In this document: positions 14,001-26,000 of the stretch, one piece after another
How the letters are laid out: every line of letters begins with the position of its first letter
How positions within the stretch are numbered: the stretch's first letter is position 1
NCBI GenBank assembly: GCA_002633005.1
Contig: NMRA01000276.1
Span: forward strand, 227,577 to 289,962
Length of the DNA stretch: 62,386 bases
Direction of reading: 5' to 3'
Source of the DNA: Phoronis australis
Lineage: Eukaryota > Animalia > Phoronida
Position numbers and translations under genes: made by a program
Notes under the pieces: model-generated
Seen by the model: only the letters and a program-made list of their open reading frames with translations
Databases searched by the model: none
What the model was told of the DNA's origin: nothing

Positions 14001-17000
14001 GTCAAAGATTATTACTCTCGAGTTCCGAATAGTCGTATCTATACGATTATTTTTTTCAGACTCGTTTTCCGGTCTATACGACGCTTATTCAGGTCTCTAC
14101 ATTTATTAATTTGCTAACCTTTTTCCACTCTCCACGATTATTTGATTCAGCAAGTTCTCAATTTTTGTTTCATTCATTACAAATTTGTTACACAAAAACT
14201 TAACCGCTGACACCGGGTATCGTACCCCGGTCGTAAGACGTGGTTATATAGCTTTTAATTCGCTCTAAACCACTAGACCACGAGACACTCAGTTCAGATT
14301 TCGTAATTTAAGGACAGCGTCCAGCGTCTAAAACACCTTTTCACACCAGAAATGCATGTATTATTCATAAAAAATATTGTTTTTGCTTCTTACATACCAT
14401 GGAAAGTAATTAATTGCGACGCAAATTACACCGCTCATAATTTGACGCCCCTTCGAGCGCCCCACAAAATATCTCAACCAATCAGCGTAAAGTGGTTCAT
14501 ATGACATCATCGTGGCCACGAATTTACTGGTGTGCGGGTGTAGCAATGTTAGCGACAATGGGATACATTTGCACAACTTCCCCACCAATCACGTCGTGTG
14601 CTGTATAGAATACACGGAATAGATCCGTATCCATGACAAGGCCTGGCGAGTAACTTTCCTGATCGGCAAGATCTGATTTAGTCTTGGTGCAAATCTGTAT
14701 ACAAACTCTACAGCTTCGTGTCGATGTGGGTAAAAAGGACTAAAATCTGACGCAGAAATAGTGTCATTAAAAGCTGCACCGCTCTTTGAGTAAACCAAAT
14801 TATTTACCGGTGTTGGAAGAATTATTGTTCTAGGCCTACCGCTCATCTACTGCTAAAATTGAAGTGCGCTCTTGGGAGTCGGCGTTTGGCGATTACATCA
14901 CCTGACCCGAACAGTTTCTTTCCCCCCAGTTCATTCTTCCATCAACTGTTCTTTGCTGCCACAAAGTTGCGTACTGTCACAACGAATTGTCGGAACTGGT
15001 CTCATTTCGTTACAAGTTATTAGCATTTTTAAGACCAACAAACCGAATTTAGAACAAACTTTACTGCTGCGAAGCTGTTATCATGTCCCAAAAGTAGTCG
15101 CAAAATTTTAGTACGGCGCGTGCGCGTGTCAGTCACGAGCGCACTGTTTTCAGAACGACAGACTTCCTTTGTTACACCATAGATTATAGTCTATGGTTAC
15201 ACAACTCAAAAGGCACAGAGTAATGCTAGAAAATGACGTTTATTAGATTGCTCTTCCCGCAAACGACTGGCAACGGGCAAGCTGAGTGTCCGAACTGTCT
15301 CCCAGATTATGCATGCATCCCAGCCGTCGGTCGTTGGTTCTGCCATATAAGTTTCACGACGAGGTGACTAACACAACTCATACCCGGCCTGTATGAGATT
15401 TAGTCTATAGTCTATGGTTTAACAGAGCTTCACAGTGTTACCTTGCTGTATTTTGGCGATAGTCTTCAAACAGCTAGCTGGCTGGCTACAAAAAAAATCT
15501 GAAGAGTGCACTTCAAAGTTTAGTGTTACTGTTCCGGCCCAGAGTATAGGGAATCCGGCCCAAATCCAGAATATTCTGTCTGATTTGGATCCTTCCCGTA
15601 GGCCTAACGGAATTCTGACACTGAATTTAAAACGTTCAATTGGTTACAAATTCTTATAATTAGGTATGTTTTTATGCAATCCAGACTTTATTTCGTAGTT
15701 TTAATTTATTACAGACACTCACAATGTTGTGTTGCTAATAAATTTTCAATTTTTTTTGGTTGACCGAGTCAAAATTGCGACGATTAAGCTACGGGCTGCA
15801 GCATTTCAAGGCGACTTATTTTGAAAATTGAGTTTCTAATGTAAAACTTTTCAATGAATTTGATTATAAATGCATTGTACGAAAAGATCGAGCTGATATG
15901 TGTCGTAACGTTTCCTACTAATTTGCACCAAATTAAACGGCCTATTGTCGCCTATACCAATACGGGGACACACACTCGACAGCCGCCCGTAGGCCTATTG
16001 TTGCCTATACCAATACGGGGACACACACTCGACAGCCGCCCGTAGGCCTATTGTCGCCTATACCAATACGGGGACACACACTCGATAGCCGCCCGTAGGC
16101 CTATTGTCGCCTATACCAATACGGGGACACACACTCAACAGTCGCCCGTAGGCCTATTGTCGCCTATACCAATACGGGGATACACACTTGACAGCCGCCC
16201 GTAGGCCTCTTGTCGCCTATACCAATACGGGGACACACACTCGACAGCCGCCCGTAGGCCTATTGGAATCGTGCAGCATTCACACCTTCGGCTTCAAAAG
16301 GACATGGATGCAAAGTTCCTAATATTAAAGTTTTTGTATCAAGCAAATTACTCTTTATAATAAATATTGTGAAATTGCTGATAACAATTCAGACGAAGCA
16401 TTTTGTTTTTCCGGCTGTCCCGACGGCCCCAGTTACATTCCCGGGGATTCCCATACGGGCCCGTATGAGAATATGTGCTAAATAATTGAATAAAAAATTC
16501 TAAAGGTAATGATTTTGATCAATTTTAATACTAACTGACATGAAATGAAAAATTAATGAGTTTCCTTGATTTTCCACGTATTTTGCACTAAATTAAATGG
16601 CCAGTCATCGCTGATTCCAATACTTTGGAGACACGGTGAAAGCCAAGATCGTGGTAACGATGATGTCATAGACTCTGATTGGCACGAGCGCCGTCTCAAG
16701 TTTTTTTTTGGCGCTAAATGGGGTTCATGATGGGGCTACTGTATTGTCAAAGGCCTACTTAATTAATGACTGGGGTATGCTGTGACACATGATTTTGATG
16801 CTTTTCATCAATAAATGTGTTTTAGATGTAAAAATAGTCATTATGGCACCATACTTGGCCTTTAAAAGATCTATATACGACTACGCATTACACACGAAAG
16901 TCATGTGTCATACACAATAAAAGATTTTATTCGCTAAAATATACAACTGTATGTTTCAAAACGTAAATAATCGGACTCCCAAGCCAGGGGTTACGCAGCG

Positions 17001-20000
17001 GCGGTCTGCTGGACGGCCAGAATGTTATTTTGGACGGGTTCAACGGGATCGGTCAGAATTAAGAAAGTGTTGGCAAAATTTAAAAAGCTTGAAATGATGA
17101 CCACTTCTCTTAATATTAACGGCTGGTCGGCTGTCGCTCAAATAGGCCATCAGTAATTTCAGAAATGATGAATTTAATGCACAAAAAGTGCATTTTTCAA
17201 TATTCCACGCGCCCAGTGACACAGATCGTTGTTACTGGCAGCTCAATATAAATATGAATAAAAACGCTTTCGACGAGTTTCATTGAGTGATCCAATATTT
17301 ATGATTGCACCCTGTGAAAAACTGACAAGCCGTAACAACTCTTCACTGTGTCTGTCCCTGAAGTTTGCGTTTTCGGGGGAGTAATTCCGGGATTTTGCAA
17401 AGCCAGTGTCATCTACAGTTTCCGAAATTATTGACATGCGCATTCTACATACTTAATTATGTCGTCTGCCGCGCAAAGGCCTAGGATTATTTTACAAACC
17501 AAGATATGTTCCAGATACAGACATTGATTCAGACGCTGTTATGACAAATAATCCAGCTATAGATACGGACCGTGGTGATAACGCGGCAAGTCAACGAAGC
17601 GCAAATACCCGTGCAGTAAATGAATGGTGTGGAACCTTTCAATCAACCTAGGAACCAGCCTCCCGTTCAGTAACGCTAGGACCTCGCTAAAAAGCAAGAC
17701 TTTGCGAGATTACGTGAAATAATGCCGTGTGTTTCAAATGAGAACATGTGACTCTGGCTACATTTAAGCTAGGTCCTAGCATAGGTCCTAGCGTTACTGA
17801 ACGCACGCCAGGTTTCTAGAATCAACAAAGTACCAACAAGTTGCACGACAACATCGGACATCAGCATTTTAAAAATTCGCTCCAAACTTGAGAATAGATT
17901 GTTTTTATTAACAGGAAGAATGGACTTGTGACAATCTTGAAAATGACATAGTTGCTAACGTTCGACAATCCAGTCGATAGCTATTGAAATTGATTTCTAC
18001 TTGCTCTCCCGTCCAAATAAATGGAAAAGCGCACGTGAATCGGTTTATTTATTATACCTAATTAGATATTCAAGATGGTGGACATAGTTGTGGTCGTGGA
18101 CTCGAATGTTGGGCAATTCTGCAAGAATGTAAAACTTTGACGGTACCGACTTTTTGATGTCAAATTCTGACGAACATTACGAGGGTATTGACTATGAACA
18201 TTGTGCACAACATGAGATTGAGAGAAACAAGAAAGGCTCGACTGTCAGGAACATGTATGATAAAAATGAGACTCGTTTTACCAAGACACTTTATTGTCTT
18301 AATTCAGACTGTCGGCTTCGTGGAAGACTGGACGTTGCTGCTGAAATCTTTACCTCCTTGCTATAATTTTTGGACTTAGTCGTCATTGGCATCTCTAGTA
18401 TGAATGTCACATTCTTTTTTGAGTAAAATGATAACGCATACTGTTTGAAACACATCTACATAGACTTCCATTTAAAGTTATTGAATAAACGAATGGTCTT
18501 TGTTTTAGCAATGACACTTTATTCCACTTCACTGTACTATGTTATGGCATGTGTGGATACACCACTGCAATAATTTAACTGTGCTAATGTTCAATTTAAA
18601 AGTTTTTCTTTGAAACAATTACTTAAAGCGGTGGTAAGTCACTGAGACAGAATATGCTTCTTTGCACTATTATTCCAATCCCATCTACATCATTATCAGA
18701 CTTTGCACTTCCTATTATTTCCATCTACCGTCACTAGATTTTACGCAAATTTGTAATCAATGTTATTATTCCAGTCTATATTATTTTTAATTTTCCACAA
18801 ATTTCCCGCCTATACCATTATTCCTTAGAATTTGCTGTTTTGCATTATTCCTTTCTATATCATTATTAGATTTTACCTAAATTTGTTGTCAATATTATTA
18901 TTCCAGTCTATACTATGTTTAAATTTCCACAAATTCGTCGTCTATACCATTATTCCATTCTATACTATTATTAATTTTTTCCGACAAATTTCCGGCCTAT
19001 ACTATTATTCCACTTTTCTAGTGACAAAAATGTTGGGTCTATACTATTATTAAAGTCTCTACTATTATTAAAAATCGCGAAATTTTCCAGTCTATACTAT
19101 TATTGCTGTCTCTACTACTATTCGGAACTCCAGAGTACTAGTTAAACTTCCAGCCAAGTAATGAATTGGTCCTCGTCTTACCTTGAATGCTGCCCCCTGA
19201 GATTTGACCAACGGCCTTACCTTGGTTAATCTTCATGTCAGGTAATGACTTGGTCCTCGACTTCCCGCGCATGCTTCCTCCAGAGATAGGACCCACAGCC
19301 TTGACAGCAGACGAGTACAAATCTGCAAGGTCACACAGCATTTCAACTTCCAAACTAAAATAAGTGTGTTTTCATTCAACAAAATGGACATGTTCTTTTA
19401 CAAAACCTCCCAGCTGCTGACTGGTATCATTTCTAAAATACATTATTGTCAATTTACACCAACCTCTAGACTATTTAAATAGACCAAGATTTATTGAAAT
19501 GATGTTATTACAGCATCACCTCAAAGTGATGTACAGGACTGCTGACTGTTTGATTCCTACAATATGCAGTAAAGGATAAGCAAGTAATTTTCAATAAAAT
19601 CAAAACGGCTAGACTTGATTCCGTCTGCCAGGTCAGTCGGGTCAACCCTACAAAACTTTCCATTGATTCCCATGACTACCAGCTCGCAAACCAGTCAGGT
19701 GTATATCACGTGAGCAATCAAGAGCAATCAATAAGACAAAACGTCACTCAATAAGACAGAGTACCTATCAATAAGGCAGAGTAGCGCTCAATAAGGCAGA
19801 GTAGCGCTCAATAAGGCAGAGTAGCGCTCAATAAGGCAGAGTAGCCCTCAATAAGGCAGAGTAGCGCTCAATAAGGCAGAGTAGCGCTCAATAAGGCAGA
19901 GTAGCGCTCAATAAGGCAGAGTAGCGCTCAATAAGGCAGAGTAGCCCTCAATAAGGCAGAGTAGCGCTCAATATGGCAGAGTAGTGCTCAATAAGTCAGA

Positions 20001-23000
20001 GTAACGCTCAATAAGGCAGAGTAGCGCTCAATAAGGCAGAGTGGCGCTCAATAAGGCAGAGTGGCGCTCAATAAGGCACAGAGTGGCGCTCAATAAGGCA
20101 GAGTGGCGCTCAATAAGGCAGAGTACCGCTCAATAAGGCAGAGTTCCGCTCAATAAGGCAGAGTTCCGCTCAATAAGACAGAGTATCACTTCTAAGGAGC
20201 ATTCATATAGTTGCAACTAGTTCACATAGGAGCACCAAAAGCACCAAATGGATACAGTTACCACTGGTTCATATGTGAGTAATGGTACATGTACAATGAG
20301 TTCGCATGAGAGTACTGATAGTTACCACAAGTTCACATGAAAGCAGCAATGCTACAAAGAAGACTAATCCATAAACAACCTTGTTGGAGACTTTGATTAG
20401 TTCTGCATAACTTATTTAGGAAGCTAAAAGTAATCTTTACTTAGAAGACACATGTAGTACTAACCAGCAGACCCAGGAGACAGCATTTTGGGTAGAATTT
20501 TCTTCGCTGGACTTGTTGTTAACATCTTAGTTGAATGGGAAATTGGAGTATGGGCACCTGTTATGATAGCTGAAACATATAACTGGAGAATGAGCACCTG
20601 TTATGATAGCTGAAACATATAACTGGAGTATGAGCACCTGTTATGATAGCTGAAACATATAATTGGAGTATGAGCACCTGTTATGATAGCTGAAACATAT
20701 AATTGATGATGCTCACGAGGCTTCAATAATAAAATAATTCAATCACATGGCTTTACTAAAAGGAACACATTAAATGGATTTACCCATCAGAGTGTAATAA
20801 TGGAAACTTACTCATTTCAAACTTTAACACTACTCATCCAGACTTAGTTGAGGTGAGAGCAAGTTCATTGCAATTAAGTGTTTCTCTTGACTTGCTACTA
20901 AACCTCTTCTATACCTACTAATGCCCAAGACACAGATTCCGATGCCAATTTCATCACATGGGCCAATAATCAGATGATGATTGCGAGGATCAGGTCAACA
21001 TCAGCATCCAACATCACAAATCAAGTACCATCAGACAAAGTCACATTTTCCTGGTGTACAGGGATGTCAGATGACCAGCTGTCACCGACATCAATGCAAT
21101 ATTCAGGTGATATTCAAGATTGTTTATCAACCGTTATCTCGACATATCAGATTAGCGTAGAGTTTCAATTCTTATAACTGTAAAGCATGAATCTCATGTC
21201 AGGTGATGTTTGACCAATGCCGCTGATTACGTTCAGATTTTCGTAGGATCAGGAGGTGGCGCGAGAATAAAAACAGCAGACAAGTGTGTACAAATCAGCC
21301 AGACATCAGCTGATCATTTGGAAATGGCCATTGGCAAAGGGCAATCGCCAGCCAATATGAGCGCCCACAACTGCACTGCAAACATTATGCTTCTTGGGCT
21401 GTTTAGAAGCCTAAAAAATGGCCACTAGTTGGCGCAGAATACGTCGAACCCATCTGCAAATGGGATAGGCTTGTTGTCGCCTTCATGGAGACCTATTTGA
21501 CAAATTTCCTGAAAAACCATCTAGAAACTCCCAAAGATACAAGGGCAAATCGAAAAAATGACTCATTGAGCAGTTTGATTGATAGAAAGGTAGATGCCAA
21601 AAAACACTCAATATGCTAAAAATAGCCACTAAGTGGCATAAAATACAACACAAGATAAAAGTTTCAGACAAAATGGACTTTCCCATTATGAGTAGTTGTT
21701 CCAAATGACAGAGAATGAAGAGGAATGAAGAGAAGGTGGCAAAGATATTTGACAATTAGAATATTGCCAGCCTTATAAGTATTAACAGTCAGTTTTGTTA
21801 TTAAATAACAGAACATTGCCAGCCTTTTAGCTATTAACAGTCAGTTTTGTTATCAAATAACAGAATATTGCCAGCCTTATAGCTATTAACAGTCAGTTTT
21901 GTTATTAAATAACAGCATATTGCCAGCCTTATAGCTATTAACCGTCAGCTTTGTTATTAAATAACAGAGTATTGCCAGCCTTATAAGTATTAAGTCACTT
22001 TTGTTATTAAATAACAGAGTTAGGTGCCATGATGGGAAGACAGTATTTTGTACGATTACTTTTGTCTTGCACTGTCATATCTGTTTGAGAGCCTGTTATC
22101 AGTAAAGGTCGACTCCGAACTCCGTCTGGAAAAAAGACAATACGTTTTGGAACCCTGTTTAAAAAAGAAAACAAAGTACTCAGTTTCTATTGCTTGCATA
22201 ATATTATATAAACATTTCAAAAATTAAAAAGAATGTCCTAACTTTAAATGTTTTCATTAATCATTTCAAAATATTAAACTTTCTTGTTGAGAAGTACATT
22301 ATCTAATAGTTAACTTTCTTGTTAAGAAGTACATTATCTAATAGTTAACTTTCTTGTTGAGAAGTACATTATCTAATTGTTAACTATTTGTCATGTTATG
22401 TCTGAAGAATTATACGGCAAAAAATCCGTTAGGAAATGGGAAGGCAGCAATTTCTCCGCAAAGACGCAATAGCACGATTTCAGTCATCTGTAACTATAGG
22501 GTCATAGTAACAAAATAAAGAAGCCATTAGTACCTAAAGGGTCATAGTAACAAAATCCACACTTGGCATGATCTGGAGCCCAGAGATACTCTGCCACTTC
22601 AGATTTACCACGGAGTCAGAAGATTCATTCAGGAACCATTGAACAGGGCTGTCAATCCATTAAGCACAACCTTCATATTAAAAATCTGTACTTTGAAAGT
22701 GAAAACTTGTAGGATTTTTGGCATTTTTAGAAAGTTTCAATTGCGATACATCCCAAAAATCAATATTTGATTTTAAATTGTGTTTATCAAAAAAGCAACA
22801 TCACCAACACCAGTCGTCAAGGTTAATTTCTGGTTCAGCAAGCCTTGTAAAGCCTGATCCATGCCGGTGATATAGACGCCCAGATTCTCAGTACTGAAGT
22901 CAGCGTAACTAAACGCAGTGAATTCCTATTCTCGTTTTCTAAATTTTGTAATCTCATTCTTTGGAGTATTTGTCACCGAAGTTTCATTCTCAACATCTTA

Positions 23001-26000
23001 AAATAATTTTAAAGCACGATATACCACAAAGCAAAGCAAAGAAAGCGTTTTTCAATGGTCAGTCCTTCACAACGCAAGTGAAATTGACAATCACAAAAGA
23101 GAAGTTTGGTTTACAAGTTGCATTATACAATAGTACTCTCGAGGATTTCCGTCACTTTCCAGCATTTGCTGCCTCAATCTTCGCTCATCTGGATGCTATA
23201 ATTCTGAAGATACTTTTTAACTTCATGTGATTTTTTGAAGACAATGTACAAAATCTTTAAAATCTGGAAGACTGAACAAAGCGATTTTTTAGATCCTTGA
23301 AGTACGTAGGATACGGATGAACCCTTAACAGTTGGCAGCCCTGGAATAATGATGTGATGGGTGAATTTAAATATATAATTCTTAAAAGAATTCATAACAT
23401 TATAAAATGCTATCGATAGCTATAGTCGGTGGGCCCCCCCAAAGTACTCACAAGGATGAACGCTATGAGATCTGGCCCACCGACTACTATAGCTCATGAA
23501 CTATTCACACCATGGTTTACCTACCATTATCTAAGTAGGTCACTGGTGATAGAATGGTGATGTGGTCAACCATAGAGGGCGGTACAGTCTGGCCCAAGTG
23601 AAACTGCCTATTGTTAATGACAACTTTATCTCTTCCCTTTACTTCACCAACAATAGTAACAGGCTGGGCAGGAAACAACCTTTCTACAGACATTTTCTTG
23701 ATGCCAGACAGGTTGGAAGACACAGGCTGATCAAACAGGGGATTATCAGGTACACACGGAGTATGTGGAGGGGTGTTCAAGTCGTTGGAACCTGTAAAAC
23801 AAGAGCAACTCTGAGCGTTGAAATGCGCCTACGAATGCACCGCTAACGGTGTGCTTCTAGGGATGTTTATTTGGAACATAAAAATTTGCAACAGGATGGC
23901 ACAAAATATGTCGAATCCATCTGAGAACTTGTATGTGTCATCAAAGCTATTTACCAAATTTCATAACAATATTGTCACGGAACTTCTGAGAAAACAGAGG
24001 GAAATGAAAAAAATGAAACTGCCACAAAGAGGCTCCACAGTAGATAAAAGTCATCGGAAAATCATCGTCAGACTTCCTCTTCCCATTAGGAACATGAATG
24101 CCAATTTCCACAACCATCCTTAGAGTGGTTTGGTTGACAGAAAGGCAGACGTCAAATAACAAGACTCAAAAACAGTAAAAATGGCCACATGGTGGCACAA
24201 AATGCCTCGAATTTTACCGAAAACCGAATGATAGCGTCACCTCACTAAGAGATGCCTAACTGCCAAATTTTATGAAAATCTATTGACGATCCTTTAAGAC
24301 AATTGCCACTAGGGGGCACACTGGTAGCCCGATCCATCCGAAAGTCGTCATCCTCTGTAGTCAACTTCATATAAATACTTCAGGAAAATTCAATAAAGAT
24401 CCTGTAGAGCATTTAGGAGATACAGCCATGGGTGCAAAAACAAACAAAACTGCCACTAGGAGGCGCCATAGTATTCCAAGTCATCGTACAATCATTGTCA
24501 GCCGCCCTCTTCACAGTACGAACATATGCGTCTGCGTCCTTTTAGCTCGCCCGTCCACTCCCAACCCACACATTTTTGGCTGCAGGGCGGTAGTATTTGC
24601 CGCCCGAAACATAAAGAGCAACTTCCGCTTTTCGAGGTGAACGTCGTCTGCAACGCCGCGGTAAGAAAGGAATTTGCAGCGGAAATTTTATATCAAATCC
24701 GATTTTTTTACGCAGAAAGCACATTTGAAAAACGCGGAAATCCGCGTTCCCGCGGAAAATTCCAAGCCCTGTTCATGGGAACACATCTGCCAAATCTCAT
24801 TAAGATCTTGTGAAAGGTTTAGGAGATACAGCCATGAGCGCAAAAGCAAACAAACATGCCACTAGGAGGCGCCACAGTTGTCGAAGTCGTCGGAAAATCA
24901 TTGTCAGTCACCCAGGACCCTCTTCACAGTAAGAACATATATGCTTATTTTCAAAATCATTCCTAGAGCGGTTCAGTTGATAGAACGGCCGACACAAAAA
25001 ACTCGAAAACAGTAAAAATGGCCACTAGGTGGCGCTAAGTACCTTGAATCTGTCCAAAAACGGGAGGATGGCATCACCTCACTAATAGATGCCTAACTTC
25101 CAAATTTTATGAAAATCCGTTGAGGACATCCGAAGATACAGAGGTAAGCGTAAAAAAATAAAATTGCCACTAGGGGACACACCGGTAGTCGGAGAAGTTT
25201 GAAATTAATCGTCGTCCGTTGTCAGCTTCATGGGAACACATCTGCCAAATCTCATCAAGATCCTGTGAGGGGTTTAGGAGATACAGCTGCGGACGCCGGA
25301 CGCCCGGACAGAGATGACAGCAATATGCGACCACATAAATATGTGGGCGCATAAAAATTAACACAGCTGAGCAGATTGCAACGCTTTGAACCAGACAAAA
25401 TCCCAGATCTCATTTTCAAAATCCAGCTCACATTCATATATGCCAGCTCGCAAATTTGCTCCCCAAAATTGATTTTTGGATCGTCAAGAAAATGTTTAGA
25501 TTATGTTCTCACAAATTTCAAGTCGCAAAAATTGAGTTCATACATACAGGTATGGCGTCACTGTTCTTCACGACCGCCATTGAAAAGCAATAGAGGGCAA
25601 GACTAGCTGCCGACGTAAAAGTTGAATAAGTGCTCTCTAACCGACAAGTGCAATTGAGTAGCTAAGTCTAACGTGAAAAGGAGAAAATACCCAATGAAGA
25701 AGTACCTGCAGTTTTGCTAGGTGTGACCTGCTAAATGGCTGTCAACAAAGTCGTTAAAGATCTAATTAAAACTAACTCTGAGTGCAATATCCCTCCATTT
25801 CTTGTTCACAGCCCAAATTTTGCAACTTAACTCGATATTGAAAAAAAATCCTGTTGAAAAAATCAGTGAAACACTGCTCTAGCCGAATGACGTATTCACA
25901 AGCGCAGGAAAAATTCCGTGCAAATTTCACAACAAAAATGTGGGACTTGTGCTCTTTTATATACTCAACAATTAGATTTCCATGAAATGAAAGGCCTCAA

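Larger units (their letters stand above)
14015..19135. mobile_element. 5.1-kb TA-flanked TIR element with nested repeats
   Basis: TIR CTCT(C/G)GAGTTCCGAATAGT at both ends, TA on each side; right arm has many TATACTATTATTCC subterminal repeats (18660-19120); no clear transposase ORF. Confidence 0.7.
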
